In this document: positions 25,715-39,170 of the stretch, piece after piece
Position numbering within the stretch: the first letter of the stretch is position 1
Layout: each line of letters begins with the position of its first letter
Assembly (NCBI GenBank): GCA_013239625.1
Contig: MU054338.1
Coordinates: 2,606,977 to 2,670,976 of the forward strand
Source: Lama guanicoe
Taxonomy: Eukaryota
Length of the DNA stretch: 64,000 nucleotides
Reading direction: 5' to 3'
Position numbers and translations under genes: made by a program
Notes under the pieces: generated by a model
Told to the model about the DNA's origin: nothing
What the model saw: only the letters and a program-made list of their open reading frames with translations
Database searches by the model: none

Positions 25715-28700
25715 TTATGCTGACAAAACCCAACTGGGCACTTCAGAGATGAACACCAGCACCCTCCACCCTTCACTAGGGGGCCCGCTGGAGTGCCCAT
25801 CCAAGGGGCGATTTGAAGTGGCATGGGTGCACACAGTAGGTGTTCGATAAATGCCCAACACGAGGTGTTTCCCAATGCAACTGAGCACAGGCTTCTGCCC
25901 ACGCTCTCTCTAGGAGGCCACAGCGACATAAAGCACTCACTGCGCGCTGTCGTGGCCGAGCACCCAGCAGTCCCACAGCCAGCACCTTCTCCGCTGCAGA
26001 GGTGAGAAAAGGGGGCTCAGGGAGTCCCAAGGCCCCACGGCTGCACCTGACCCAAGAGCCAATATCCAAGCAGAATGGCCATCCATTCCTGCCTGCCCCT
26101 CCACCTCCCTGACCTTCCCTCCTGCCTCCTGGTTAGGCCTAGTTCTCCTGGGGGGGCTTTGAGTCAGCAGGAAGGGGTGAGGCCAAGACCCAGGGACAGG
26201 GTTAGGGTCACTGGGGCTGTGGGCATGCCCCGGTGGGGTGGGGTGATGACTCTGCAGGACAAACCCCTTTCTGCCCTGCGGAGCCCCTAGGATGTGGCTT
26301 GGCCCTAGTACTGAATAATGAGGGAAACCGGACCACTGCCCACCGAAGCTGACCCCCCCTCAAAGAGTGGGGGTGCTGAGGGCCTCCTGCTCAGCCCTCT
26401 CCAACTTCTGGCCACCCTGCCTGCGCTGTTCAGCCCAGGACAAGGCCCTGCCATACTCTGGGCCTCAGTCTCCCCATCTGTTGAATGGGCGGAAGCCACT
26501 GGAACTACAGGGGCGGGGGGGGGCTGTCTGTCCCGCCCCTCTCCCCCCCTCCTTTTTTCCGCCTTCCCCTGGGCTGTGACTCATCCACCCACTCGGGCGC
26601 TTGTGCAACCCTCTGGCTCCTGTCCCCACCCCTCCACCCTCTCCGGGGAGAGCCCCCGGCTGCCCTAAGCCACCCAACACAACCCACAATCCTCTCGGCC
26701 CAGCCAGCCTTTCAAACCAGAGCCCCCGAATGCCTCTGGAGAGAGGGCCCAAACCAGATCTTTCTCAGCCTCCTAAAGACCCGGGGACCCCAAGCTGAGT
26801 GACCCAGCTCAGCTCTACCCTGATCCCTCCCGCTGCGTCTCTAGTGGGATGCAGGCGGTTGGCCCAGCAAGGGAGCTGGGGTTGGTCTGGGAGCCCCAAG
26901 GCCAGAGCAGGACTGTCCCGAGTCAGGCCTGCCCTGGGAGCGGGGTCCAGGCTGCGGGGCCGACACAGAGGCCTTTGTGTGGTGCGCAGGCGGGCAGTGC
27001 ACTTCCCGGGACGCCTCTCTCCGAGGCCCGCCCTCTTTCCCGCCGACCACACCAGCTGCTCTGCTCCCCCCTCTGTTCCGCCAGCCCACAGTGGGAACGG
27101 GGGGCGGGGGGAGGCTCAGATGTGGCTGCTGGGAGCAGGAGGATGGGGGGGCGCGACCCCATCCGAGGCTCGGCCACGGGAAGCCTTGGCGGAGCCCCCT
27201 ATGGCGGCTTCCACCCCCTGCCACCATCTGCCGTCTGGCCTCGGCCCCAGGGAGCAAGTGGGCAGATGGGACTCCGGATCAGACCAGCCTCCGCCCCTTC
27301 TCGCCCCCCTCCTCTGATCCAGGCCACCGATGTGCCAAGATGGCCACCCTGGCCCTGCTTGCCAGTGTCCCTCAGGTGTCTCCAGGGGCTTCTAGGTCCG
27401 GACTTGAACTGGTCCAGGTGACTCACCCCTCCCCATGGCCACTCTACCCCATCTTCCCACCAACACCGAGCCCACCAGGCCTACTTCAAGCATGAAGCTG
27501 CCAGGTGCCCACTTGTTGGAAGCCACCCAGCTGGGAAGGAACAAGCTCGGGCCTTGAACCCAGTACCCGGTCTGGGGCACTAGATGAAGCCCTGGGCCTG
27601 GGTCTCCACCAGCCAGCTGAGCAAGGCCACATGCAAAGAGCCTGTTGTGTGGGACAGCCCTTGAGTCTGGGCTGAGTCTGAGGGTCACGTCCCTGTCCTC
27701 TCCCAGCTGGGGCTGCTATTTCTCCAAATAAGCAACAGAGATCGTCCCCCAAAGGGCAAGGCCTGGAGAGACGCCAGCCAAGGACAGCCCCCGTGACAGT
27801 AGCATGATCCCCTACTTACAGACGAGAACACCAGAGAAGCTGGAATCTGGGCCAAGGGCGCCCAGCAAGGCTGATCCATAGGGCTGACCCAGGAGCTGAT
27901 AGAGGCGAGAGGCTGGCCCCTGCCCCCCAGCCCTCCCCACCTGACACCTCCCAGCAAGCCACAGCCTCTTCCCTCCCTCTGGAAACTAAAATGGTCCTGC
28001 AGACACCTGACCCAGCCCTCTCTCCAGGAACACATGCCACCTGCCTGCCACGTCGGGCCACTGCCCCCACCGGGGCCTCTCAGGGCCCCCCCCCCCGAGG
28101 TGCGAGGTTGGGGAGGGAAATCAGGTAGGGTCCCGGCAATAAAAAGCACCGATTATGAGCACCCACTGTGCGCCATGGCATCTTCTAACCATGAGAGGCT
28201 TGTGGCTCCCTTCCTCGCTTTATGAGGCCCTGCTGGCACCTGACATCTAGTAGGTGCCCCCACACATGGCGGTTTCCTCTAATGACGGGCCAACGAAACT
28301 TCTCTCCTCCAGGAAGCCCCACCCCCACGCTGGCCTGGTCCCCACCCTCAACGGCCAGGGTCCCCTGAGCTCAGGCCCACACCCACCCAGGGCCCCGTCT
28401 TTCATCACAGCTCCACCCCCACACTCGCCTCCATGGGATTTCCGGGGCTGTTCGGTGCTGACTCGGCGGCCGGCCGAGGGGCAGGCCTCGGCAGGCTCCT
28501 CCTGGGCTGGAGGTGGGGCGTCCTCCTCCCTCTGGGCTGCTCCCAGGCCCCCACACCCAGTCCTCTCCCGAGCAGCGCACAGTAGGGACGCAGCAAATGA
28601 CAGGACAAACCAAAGACCAAAGAGCTATGCGCTGGAGAGAGCCCACACCCAGTCCCACCCACTTCGCTGGCAGGCACACCCAGTACCAGGGGACCGTGCC

Positions 28701-31700
28701 AGTCCCACCTCCAATCTAACCTAGGGTCACCTGCTGCACCTACTTTCCAAGGCAGCGGGACCCAGGCCTGCTTTCAGCCCTCCCAGGAGCCTCCTCTGTG
28801 CCTGAGAGGTTTCAAAAACCAACTGGGCTCCTTTATTTTTCACCCTCCCCACTGTAAAGCCCTGGGCTTTACAGATGAGGAGAGGCTCAGTCAGGGAGGT
28901 GATGGAGACCAGAGTAAGGTCCCACAGCAGACCAGAGGCCAGGTTGGAACTCATGCTCTGACCTGAGCTGCCACCACTCAACTGCTGGAGATGCAGGGTG
29001 AGGTCAGAAGTGTCCTGACCTGGTGCTGGGAGCAGCAGGGGCCACCCAGGAAGGGCCCCGGGATTGCAAGGAGGGTACCCTGGGCATGCGGACAGCAAGG
29101 ACAAAGGCCTGAGGGTGGGCGCCTGGGAGAGGGGCAGGGGGAGGAGGAGGCTGGGGACTCCCCAAGGTCAGGAGCAAGGTGAGGGCTGGGGCCAGGCCTC
29201 CTACTCCCAGCTATACTCCTCAGGAAGGAGGGGCGGCCAGCAGGAGGCAGGCAGGTAACTGCCACCCGACGCCTTCCTGAAGGAGTGTCTAGGGATGGGG
29301 GCAGCTTAATGAGGTCTTAAGGGCTCCCACCCCCACCCCCACTCATGGAGAGAATGAAAGAAACTAAATAAGGGACCTCTAACACCTACTGTGTGCCAGG
29401 AATGGCAGCTTGGGTCCAAATCCTGGCTCCTCCACTTCCAAGCTCAGTGACCTTGGCCGAGACACAGCACCTCCCTGTTTTCCTCAGGGGTTGGAATGGT
29501 AGTAAAGGATCCCACTATCGTCCATTCAACAAACTTTGGCCTAGGACCTACTGTATGCCAGCGCCAGTTCCCAAAGGCCCAACGAGACTGTTTACCCCCT
29601 CCCTTGTGAATTGGGGGACTTTGAACTTCACTGCTGAACATTATTTTGGGAGTCCAGTCCCCTTCCCACCTACTATGTGCCAAGGAAGTGTGTGGTGGGC
29701 CCCAGGAGGAAGCTGAACCATCATCTGGAGGGGAAAACCAGGCCCAGAGAGGGTGGGCAGCTGGCCCAAGGTCACACAGCATGTCTAGTGCCCAGGTGTG
29801 GCTGCCAGGCCAGCGCCCAGCTGCCCCCACCCCCTCCCAGCCTGGCAGCCTGTGTTGCAAGGTTGGTCCTGACGGGTTACCCCGCCCTGACCTGGTGCCA
29901 ATCCCCGCCTGGCCCAGTCCCCGGCCCGGGGTTTAATGGGACAGGAATGTAGCGTCCTGATCGGGGGGTGGGGGGCACCAATGGCTCAGGGTGACTGCTG
30001 GCTGCCAGCTGTCAGCCTTCCCCCTGCCCGCCTATCCTCACAGGCCTCACTACAGTCAGACACCAGCAAGCAGGCCCTCGGCCATTTTACGTGTCCATTT
30101 ATTGCCCTAAATGGGGAGGGGCTTCCTGCCCGGGCCTTAAAGGGCCAGAGGCAGGAAGGCTGCAGGCCCAGTGGGAAGTGTGTGTGGGGAGGCTGCTGGG
30201 GTGGGGATTAGGTCATGGGGATCCCATCTCATTCCCCAACTCACGGGTGGGGTTAAGGCCCACCCTGTTCTCACACTCCGAGTGCTGTCAGGGGCCAGGA
30301 AGTACAGCCCTGACACTAAGACCGGGTTCCAAGAGGAAGCCCCACAAAGAAAGAGCCGTTCTCGGCAGAGTTGGAAGAATGAGCTTCCCGTCACTGGGGG
30401 TAACCAAAGCCAGGCTTCACAGAATCCCATCACTGTCTACCCTGCCCTCAGCTCAGGTTGCACCTGCTTATCCAAGGCCTGGATGACCTCTAGGAGTCCT
30501 GCCCCTCTCTACCTCCAGACTGCTCCCTTCCTCCCCTGAGGCATGCTTGTCACCTGGAGACACCTGCACTACCACCCCCAACCCTGGCAAGTGGAGGGCT
30601 CAGCCTGGAAGCCCCAGATAAAGGGGTGCTCAGTCTACTGGGGCCCAGGGTCCCATGCCTACAAATCCAGCCAGTTCCCTCCCATTAAACACATCCTGAT
30701 GGAAGGTGGGACCTGGCCTTGTTTTCCAGTCAAACCAGAAAGGCGTGGGTGGGGATGCTTCCACTGAGTGGCCGTCCACAGCCTGCTGGGGGGACAGATG
30801 GAGGGACTGGTCCTGTGGCCAGATTCTCCACAGGGCGCCTTCCGCACTTTGGTGCTCCAAACTCAGGACTCAGGCCCACAGGGCAGGGGCTGCTCCTCAG
30901 TGGGGCTTGGTGGGGGGCCTAGTCTTGATCATCTCAAAATGGATCCTCATAGCTTTGGGAGGCAGGGTCCGTAATCACTGCCACACTTTACAAGTCAGAC
31001 AGCCGAGGCAAAGAGAGAGGGAACAATAGCCCAGGGTCACACAGCAGAGCTAGATTTGAACACAGGTCGTCTGTCTGCCTCCATCTTGCCTAACTAGTCC
31101 TCCCAGGGCTCCACCCCCACCACCCCCAACATTGCCCCCAGGTACCAGCTGGGACTAAATCCCCCTACCCTGGGGGCCTAGAGGCTGAGGACAGCTTATT
31201 CTCACGCCTCCTCAGAGCTGCATGATGATGGCTCAGAAAAGGAAGAGGTTTGCCTTAGGTCTGGGGCAGGGCTGGAGCCTGGGGCAGGGCTGGAGCCCGG
31301 CTGACATCTGTGAACTCAGGGCATGAGGACAGGGATGCAGGAGGGGCTCCTCCAGGCCCTGACACCACACAGCAGTCACTCAACAAACATTTCTGGGCAA
31401 TCACTGAGTAAATCCTCTGGACAACACTTTTGGGCTAAAGGTAATCTCCACATTGTACTGATGGCAAAACTGAGGTTGGCAGCGGGAGGTGACCTCCCTA
31501 GGTGGACCTCAGGTGGAGGTGAGGGCCGGGCTGAGACTGGACCACACTGGCCCCCACCCAAGCCTGTTCCTCTGGTCTCACTGCCCAGGGCTGTGGCAGG
31601 GCGGTTTATGGTCTATCAGGTGCCTGGAGCACAAGGTGACAGGTGGGAGTGCTGAGTGTGTGTCTCAGACACCGACTCCAGCAGAATCCCTGCTGTGCCC

Positions 31701-33943
31701 TAAGCTGACCCAGGAGCTTCGTCCATGAGGGAGGGAAGGAGAGGGGACACAGGTGTACCCTGCAGGCAGCACCTGGGGGGACCCTACAACAACCCCCTTT
31801 TACAGAAGGGCTCTGAGAGGCCTCGGGGCTTGTCCAAGGTCACAGAGCAAGTGGGCCGGCATTTGAAACCCCAGTGGCCTCTCTCCTCAGGCCAGCTCTG
31901 CTTCAGAAAGGATGGCTCTGAGTCTTGGCTCTGTGAGGTGACCTGGGTCTCCTCAGGAATAATGGGTCGTAAAACCCAGGGCCCTGCCAGTCTCCAGGGG
32001 CCAAGGTGCCAAGGGGCGGGGTTGCAGCTCAGATGCAGTGGGAAGGGCCTGCCTCTGAAGGTGGGAGGTAGGACTGAGGCTCCTGCTGTGTGACCTTGGG
32101 CACCTTGCTGGCCCTCTCTGAGCCTCACTGTCCTCTTTGGGCAGAGTTTCATAAGCCTTAGGCAGGTTCCATTTGGCCGACAGGTGCCTGCTATCAACCT
32201 CCAGGCCCTCTGGAAGACGGGTGGGCAGGCGCCCCTTGGCTGCGACACAGAGAGGACTTTGGACGCGTCCTGAGCTGGGAGGCAGGACCACAAGGGTCAG
32301 ACCCAACTCTGGCTGGGTGACCTTGGGCTGCTCTGTGCTTCCCCCAGGCCTCAGTCTCCCTTGCCCAACACAGTATCGTTCTGAGGCTTGCTCTAAGGGC
32401 TGAGGCTCCACACCTGGGTTTGACTTCCCCTCCTGGCCTCGGTTTCCTCACAAGGCACTGGGGACTGCCACTGGCCCAACCAGCTATGGGTCAGAGGGCC
32501 CCAGGGAAAACAAAGGGAGGAAAAAAAACAACACAAGGACTAGCTACTGCCTTGGGATCCTTCCCCACTGGATGAAGCCTGAGCTCTGCCAGGCCTCAGT
32601 CTTCCACACCGAGAAAAGGGTGCATCTGTCGCCTGTAGCCACCCGCAGCTGAGAGTTACGTGGCTCCCCGCCCAGCCCAGGGTGCTGACTGGCCACCATG
32701 CAGCCAATCAGAACTGAATAATAAATACCCCCCCAAAGTGACCCACGAATTAAAATTTCAGTGTCCCCGTTGGCTCCTCTTTCCTTCATTAGGCATGCGG
32801 ATCCCAGGGCTTCGCTCTTCCAGTCATCGGCTTCTGCCCCCCCTTCTCCCCCAGGCTCCCGTCTCCACAGCGATGGCTGGCGGTAAACAGAGCCCCGAGC
32901 CCAGTCGATAAGTGCCAGGCCTGGTATGCTCTAAAGGCCCCACCGGGGGTGGCCCTCCGAGAATGCCCCGTGCCTGGAGCCTTAGGGGCCTGGGCAGCAA
33001 CAGGGCCCAGCCTGGACTCCCCGACCTCTCCCAAGACCAACTCTGCCAATAGGAAGTGATCGGCTGGTCCTAGGAGGCCCCCCCCAGTGTGGGAGCGGCA
33101 CACTCAGGGTTACGCCCTGGCCTTGTTGCAGGGGGGCGCTGACATGGAATCCCGGATGCCCTCTCCGGCCAGGCTTGCTCCAGGAGGCAGCTGGCAGGGA
33201 GCAGGGAGCAAACCAAGCCCGCCACCCATGGGTGAGCCAGGTGGGCACACCCGGTGGAGGGGCACCAACACCTCTCTCACTTCCGCTGCCTGGCTAGGGG
33301 GAGAGAGGAGTTGCCTACCTCCCCCTGCCACCCTGCCAATTGCTAGCTGCACTCCCCAAACATTTAGTGGGCACCCACTGGGTGCCCAAGCCTGGTTGGA
33401 CAGCAGTCTCTTGCTGCGGTCCACTGGACTTCCTCGCCAGCCAGCCAGCCAGCCAGCACGGGCAGTGCTTCCCAGGACCTGCAAAGGCCTGGGCCCGGGG
33501 GTGCACTGGCCCTAGCGCTCAGCTCAGGCCCCTGCCCGGTTCCCAGGCCAGGAGCTGGGGGAGGGGGCCGGTTCCTAGGCCAGGGAGGGAGGGAGAGCGA
33601 GGGAGGGGCCGGATCCCACCAGCTCACCCCCTCCTCTGCTCGGGCTCTGGGTTCGCACGTGGTGGTGGCGTCAAGGGGAAGAAGGGGGGTCTGGGCCAGA
33701 GGAGACGGGGTCACGCGCTTTGGGGGCGCTGGCAGGGGAGAGAGTGCTCTCTGTCCCCTTCCTGGAGGCCAGGACCGGGCGGCCGCGAGGGCAGGGAGAG
33801 GGGCCAGGCCTGTCCCCCCACCCAGGGCTGAGTCAGGCCCGGGCGGGGGCAGGAAGCGGCCCCCTCCCCCGCCCCGGCCGCAGAGCGCGGCCCCCGCCCC
33901 GGCCCGCGGGCCCCCGCCGCGCCGCCTGCGCGGGGGCTCCTAC

Positions 33944-34050
33944 CTCCTTCCTGGGGCAGCGGGGAGGGGGCCCAGCCCCGGCGGCGGCGGTGGCGGCGGC
34001 TGCGGCTGGGCTGGCTCCCTCCGAGGGGCCGGGAGGCGGCAGTGAGCCTG
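33944..34050 (-). other. ZBTB7A: Candidate alternative non-coding first exon of ZBTB7A
   Basis: Minus-strand donor GAG|GTAGGA at 33944/33943, downstream of GC boxes and a CCAAT site. The exon body is GCC-repeat rich, like a 5'UTR. Confidence 0.45.
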
Positions 34051-35129
34051 GCCCCGCGCCACCCCCCGCCGCCGGCGGCCAATCCCCACCCGGGCTGGGG
34101 GGAGGGCGATGCAAATTACCCCGGATCTGGGTCCGCCCGCCCGCCCGCCTCCCCCACGCCCGGGCCCAGTCTGCACTAGGCCGCGCATCCCCGGGCTCGC
34201 CTTCGCCGCGCGGCTGCCCNNNNNNNNNNNNNNNNNNNNNNNNNNNNNNNNNNNNNNNNNNNNNNNNNNNNNNNNNNCAACCAGGCGGGGAGGGGCCCCG
34301 GGGCGGGGAGGGGGCCGGCCCGCGGGCCGCGCAGCCGGAAGCCGGGGACCGCCACCGGCCCCCGGCCAGGGGAGCCCGGCTCCAGGCCCCGCCCCCGGCC
34401 TGGCAGGGCCCGCCCCCAGGCCGCGCCGCGCGATCGGCCGGCGCCCATTGGCTCATCAGCCCGCCGCTCACCGCCCCTCCTCCGCACCGCCCCTACCCGC
34501 GGGCCGCGGCGAGCCGCCAGCGCGGTGCAACCTGGGACTTGTAGTCCAAGCCGCCTTGCCACCTGCCAGCCGCAAGCGCAGGGGGACTACGATGCCCAGA
34601 GGCCCCAGCGGCCCCGCCCGCCCACCCGGACACCCCACCCCTTCCCCCTCCTTTGCAAAGNNNNNNNNNNNNNNNNNNNNNNNNNNNNNNNNNNNNNNNN
34701 NNNNNNNNNNNNNNNNNNNNNNNNNNNNNNNNNNNNNNNNNNNNNNNNNNNNNNNNNNNNNNNNNNNNNNNNNNNNNNNNNNNNNNNNNNNNNNNNNNNN
34801 NNNNNNNNNNNNNNNNNNNNNNNNNNNNNNNNNNNNNNNNNNNNNNNCTGGGAGCCCCGAAGAAGCATGCACCTGGGGGAGCTGCTGGCACACAAGCCCT
34901 TGCACTTCGCCCCCAATACCCCCTCCCGGACGGCACCCCCTCCCCGCGCTCAGGATCCAGGGCGCCTCCAGCCTCCTGGCAGCTGCCAACCACCCCCTCC
35001 TCTGAAACTTGCGGAACGTCCACGGCTCCCGGAATCGCCCCTTTCAGAGAGGGCAGGGGTGGGCGCAGCGCCCCCAGCCCGTCCCCGCCCTGCACCCCAT
35101 GCTGGGGGCCGCGCCGGGCGCTGACTTAC

Positions 35130-35320
35130 CTCGCGGGGCCGGGCCGGGGCCGGGCCAGGCCGGGGCGCGCGGGGCCGGGGCCCGGAGTTGGGATTGGACT
35201 CCTCGGCCGCTCGCCTCCGGGGTCCGCGTCTCGTTCTCCCTTCGCTGGCTCTCCCCTCGTCGCTCTCTCGCTCCGGCGGCGGCGTCACTGCCCCTACAGT
35301 AACTGTACAGTACAGCCAAA
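35130..35320 (-). other. ZBTB7A: ZBTB7A non-coding first exon (distal); TSS approximate
   Basis: Strong consensus donor GAG|GTAAGT on the minus strand at 35130/35129, inside the CpG island ~9.6 kb upstream of the coding exon. Confidence 0.75.
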
Positions 35321-37384
35321 GCCCCGTATGATGCTCGCGACTCCCTTCCTGGTTTCTCCCAGGGCAGGAGGGGTCCTCCCTTGTCTTAAAGGTGCCGCAG
35401 CCACCGGCNNNNNNNNNNNNNNNNNNNNNNNNNNNNNNNNNNNNNNNNNNNNNNNNNNNNNNNNNNNNNNNNNNNNNNNNNNNNNNNNTCCCCTCTTGCC
35501 ACGTCTCTGCGGACCCGTGGGGCTTCGCCCGCTGCGCCGGGGAGACCGGGCTGTTATTAGGTTTTGTCAAGTTGGGGGGGGTCCAGACCGCCCCCAGCGC
35601 GCCCCCCCTCCTCTGACCTCTCCGCCCCGCTGCGCGGCGCCGTGCCAGCCTGCCAGCTTATCTGGCCCCAGAGCTCCCCGGGGCGCGGGGGGAGCGGGCC
35701 CCCCGGGGGGGAGGGGGGTGGGGAGCTCGGGTCCGCTGGGCACCCGGGTCCCTAAATGAAACAGCCAACCTGCCCGCCCGCGATTATATAAAGGAGTCGC
35801 CTCCGCCCGCTGCGCCAGGGGCGTAGCGGGGGAAGGGGTTGGCGAGGGGCGGGCTGGGCTGTTGTTTTCCTGGCTTTCCAAGTTCCCCTACCCAACTGCG
35901 GGCCACTGGGCGGGACAGGGACCCGGCTGCGGACGCCTGGGTCCTGCGGTCCGCTCCCGCAAGGGTCTTCGTGGCTCAGGAGGGGCGGAGGTGGGGAGCG
36001 GGGAGGCGTTGCCTCAGCCCAACTTTTTTTCCCTGTCCATTTCTCCCACTTCCTCCCCGGTCGTGGGAGAGGTCCGGCGGGGGACGGGAGAGCGGGAGGA
36101 GGGGACGAGTGGTGAGAACAGCCTGACCCGGCCCGGCCAGCTGCCCGCTGCACACAGTAGGCGCCCGGGGAGGGCCGGCTAGTGCGATCAGCCGCTTGAG
36201 GGTCTCTGAGCCTCAGTTTCCCCTTCCTTATTCCCTTGGTCGGAAAGGCTGGCACCTGCTTCATAGTTGTCGTTTACTGCGCACTTCTAGAGTGGCTGGC
36301 TCTGTCCGGGGTCCTGTTTACCTCCATTCTAACATCTAATGCCATTATCATGATCATTCTTTATTATCATTATCATTTTTACCACCATTACCTTACAGGC
36401 AGGAAACTTCCACTGCCTTGGGTGAAATGCACCCAGTCTGTCCTTCTCTGACTTCAAAGCTTACTTCCCCCCCACCCCCCAAACTCCTGCCCTTTATTGC
36501 CTCTTCACACATGTATTAAAAGTGCCTTTCAACTCCCAACGGGTTGAATTGGCTTTTGTAATAATAATTGGCTTCAAGGGGAAACCCGGGAGGCCCCCAG
36601 AAGGGAAGTGACAGCCCCAGGACTTGCAGCCTGAAACCAGCCCCGGGTGAGTGGGAAGGTACTGAGGGAGGGGCCACATGGGTCCAGAGTGAGGGCGGAA
36701 CCCAGGGACTTTGCTCTAACGACCCTGCCTGGGATATAAGCCCTCTTCCTTCCTTAAACCACCCTGCCATCAGCCTCGGGACTAGAAGGGCCAAGGAGAA
36801 ACACAGTCTGCAGATCCCAGGACTGTGCTTGGGCTCTGTATATACCTGAAGCTCAGGCCTTAATCCTAAATGGTCTTACTTGCTATCCCCCCAAGCTCCA
36901 ACTATTCAGCCAGAGGCAAGGGGTGACTCAGTGGCCCCACCCCCACCCCGGGTACCACCCAGCCTCAGATATCCGGCGCCCTTCTCTGCAGTTGATAACC
37001 TGACTCAGAAGTGGCAGGGAACTCGTATGTAAGATTGGCATTGAATCTAATCCTTATCAGGCCCCTGGAAGAAGCAGGTGTTAGATGATTTCCACCTTAT
37101 ATTTCAGGAAATTGAGGCCCAGAGAGGGACCGTGTGCAAGGATGTCAACTCTAGCTTCCTCTGGCTCTGGACCCTGCCAGAGGGGCTGCAGATGGATCCT
37201 TCAGGAAACTCAGGAATGACATATCCCTCCTTCATGGCCACTCCTGCCCCTGCAGTGAAAAGAGAGGGAGAGGGGCAAAGCTTTGTCCTGACCCTCACTC
37301 TTTAGTCCCTACCCTCTCCTCACCCCTCAGAAGATACCCAAATAGATACTATTTTAAAACCTAATAAAGCATATAAATTTGAGT

Positions 37385-37530
37385 TACTGTGTGACCTTGG
37401 GCAGATTACTTAACCTCTCTGACCCTCAGAGTCCTTTGGAGAGAATACTGATAGAGACTTCCTAGGTTAATGACAAAGGAGAAACAAGGTGGTACATGTA
37501 ATACACTTAAACAGCACAGTGCCTATGGTG
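37385..37530. mobile_element. MIR SINE; representative of many decayed MIRs (e.g. ~10050, 11100, 22540, 28870, 29420, 31000, 31800)
   Basis: ctgtgtgaccttgggcagattacttaacctctctga..cctcag core. Confidence 0.6.
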
Positions 37531-38189
37531 GGAAGTCCTCAACACACCATAGATGTGATGATGTCATTACTATAATTATTCTTATTTGGGCCATGCCCTC
37601 CGCACCCTGTTCCCAGCCAGGGTAGAGGTGAAACCCACATTTCCAAAGGTGAAAAACACACACTCAAGGCATTTTTTTTTACTTCAGACCACCCCCCACC
37701 CCCCTGCCAAAGATGCTTGGCTAAAGGGTTCATGGAATGTAGCAGGACTAGCTCCATCTTAGCAATAAAACAATATAAAAATTGATAAATATTTGGCACT
37801 TGCCTCAAAACAGATTTGTTCTAGGGTGAGTATGAGTTCTACCTTTGAGTGCTATTTTATTCATCTGCATAGCAGGGTTTATCATCCCTGATGTACACAA
37901 TAAGACATGGAGACCCAGAGAGGCCAAGAAACTTGCCAAAGACACACAGCACTGGAGTAGGTGACTTGAATTTGAGTTACGTTGGCTAGGCTGCAAAGTT
38001 ATATAATATTTTGAACAGATGATTCTTGTCGCCATAAACGGGTTTCTTCTGGGGTGGACAAATAAGGAGAATGGGGAGCAGAGTGAGAGAGTTCTGTTCA
38101 CTCTCTACTCTTTGATATTTTGAATTTTGTATGATACATGCATTACTTATAATAAAATCAAAAGAAATACTTCTAAAGTAACACATTCC

Positions 38190-39170
38190 ATAACTAATGT
38201 GCTTCAAATGACACCATTGAGAAAGTAAAGGAAAAACTCATAGAACAGGGGAAAATATTTGCAAATCATAGATCTCCTAAGGGTGTCCTCCCGAGAATAT
38301 ATAAATAAATCTTAAACTCAGCAATAAAAACACTACCAGTTTTTTTAAATGGGCAAATGACTTGAATAGACAATTCTCAAAATATATGTATAAATGACCA
38401 ATCAAGCTCATGAAATACTGCCCAACATCATTAGTCATCAGAGAAATGCAAATCAAAACCACAAGGAGACACCACTTCACCCCACTAGGTTGGCTAGAAT
38501 CAAAAAGACAGATCATAGTAAGTGTTGATGAGGGTATAGAGAAACTGGAACCCTCATATGTGGCTGTTGGTTGTTCAAAATGTTACAGCTGCTGTGGAAA
38601 ACAGTTTGGCAATTTCTCAAATGGCAAAACAGAGAGTAACCATGTGATACAGCAATTCCACTCCTAGGTGCCTACCCAAGAAAAATGACGACACAAATAC
38701 TCACACAGCATTTTTCCTAGTAGCCAAAAGTAGAAACAGCCCAAATGTCCATCAACTGATTAACGGATAAATAAAATGCATTCCATCCATACCACAGAAT
38801 ATTATTCAGCCTTAAAAAGGAGTGAAGTACTGACACTCACTACAATGTGGATGAACCTTGAAAACCTGATGCTCAACAAGAGAAGCCAGATACAAAAGGC
38901 CACATGGTGTGTGATTCCATTTACATGAAACGTCCAGAACGGGCAGATCCACAGAGACAGAGTGGGTTAGTGATGCCCGGAGCTGGGAGGTGTTGGGGAG
39001 GATGGGGAGGGACTAATAGACAGGAAGTTTCTTTTTGGGGTAAGGAAAATGTTCTGGGATTAGACAGCAGTGACAACTTCACAACTCTGTGACTATACTA
39101 GAAATTGCTGAATTATACACTTTGAAAGAGTGAATTGTATAGCATGGGAATTATATCTCAATAAAAATCA
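38190..39170 (+). mobile_element. L1 ORF2 C-terminus and 3'UTR fragment (L1MB-like)
   Basis: The ORF at 38410-38667 reads like L1 ORF2 (SLVIREMQIKTTRRHHFTP..LEPSY), followed by a typical 3'UTR ending tatctcaataaa. Confidence 0.85.

Larger units (their letters stand above)
33760..36200. promoter_or_regulatory. ZBTB7A: CpG island / ZBTB7A promoter region
   Basis: Very high GC and CpG density, many GGGCGG boxes, CCAAT at ~34079 and ATTGG at 34447. Three N gaps are typical of GC-rich assembly failure. Confidence 0.9.

Noticed and set aside
31261..31296. 18-bp direct repeat CTGGGGCAGGGCTGGAGC x2
   Set aside because: Simple slippage duplication with no notable motif, and no spacers or cas genes to suggest an array.
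26500..36100. Numerous G-quadruplex-like G-run clusters
   Set aside because: Ubiquitous at this GC content; none stood out enough to report individually without computation.
38410..38667. 85-aa ORF with protein-like composition
   Set aside because: Decayed L1 ORF2 fragment.
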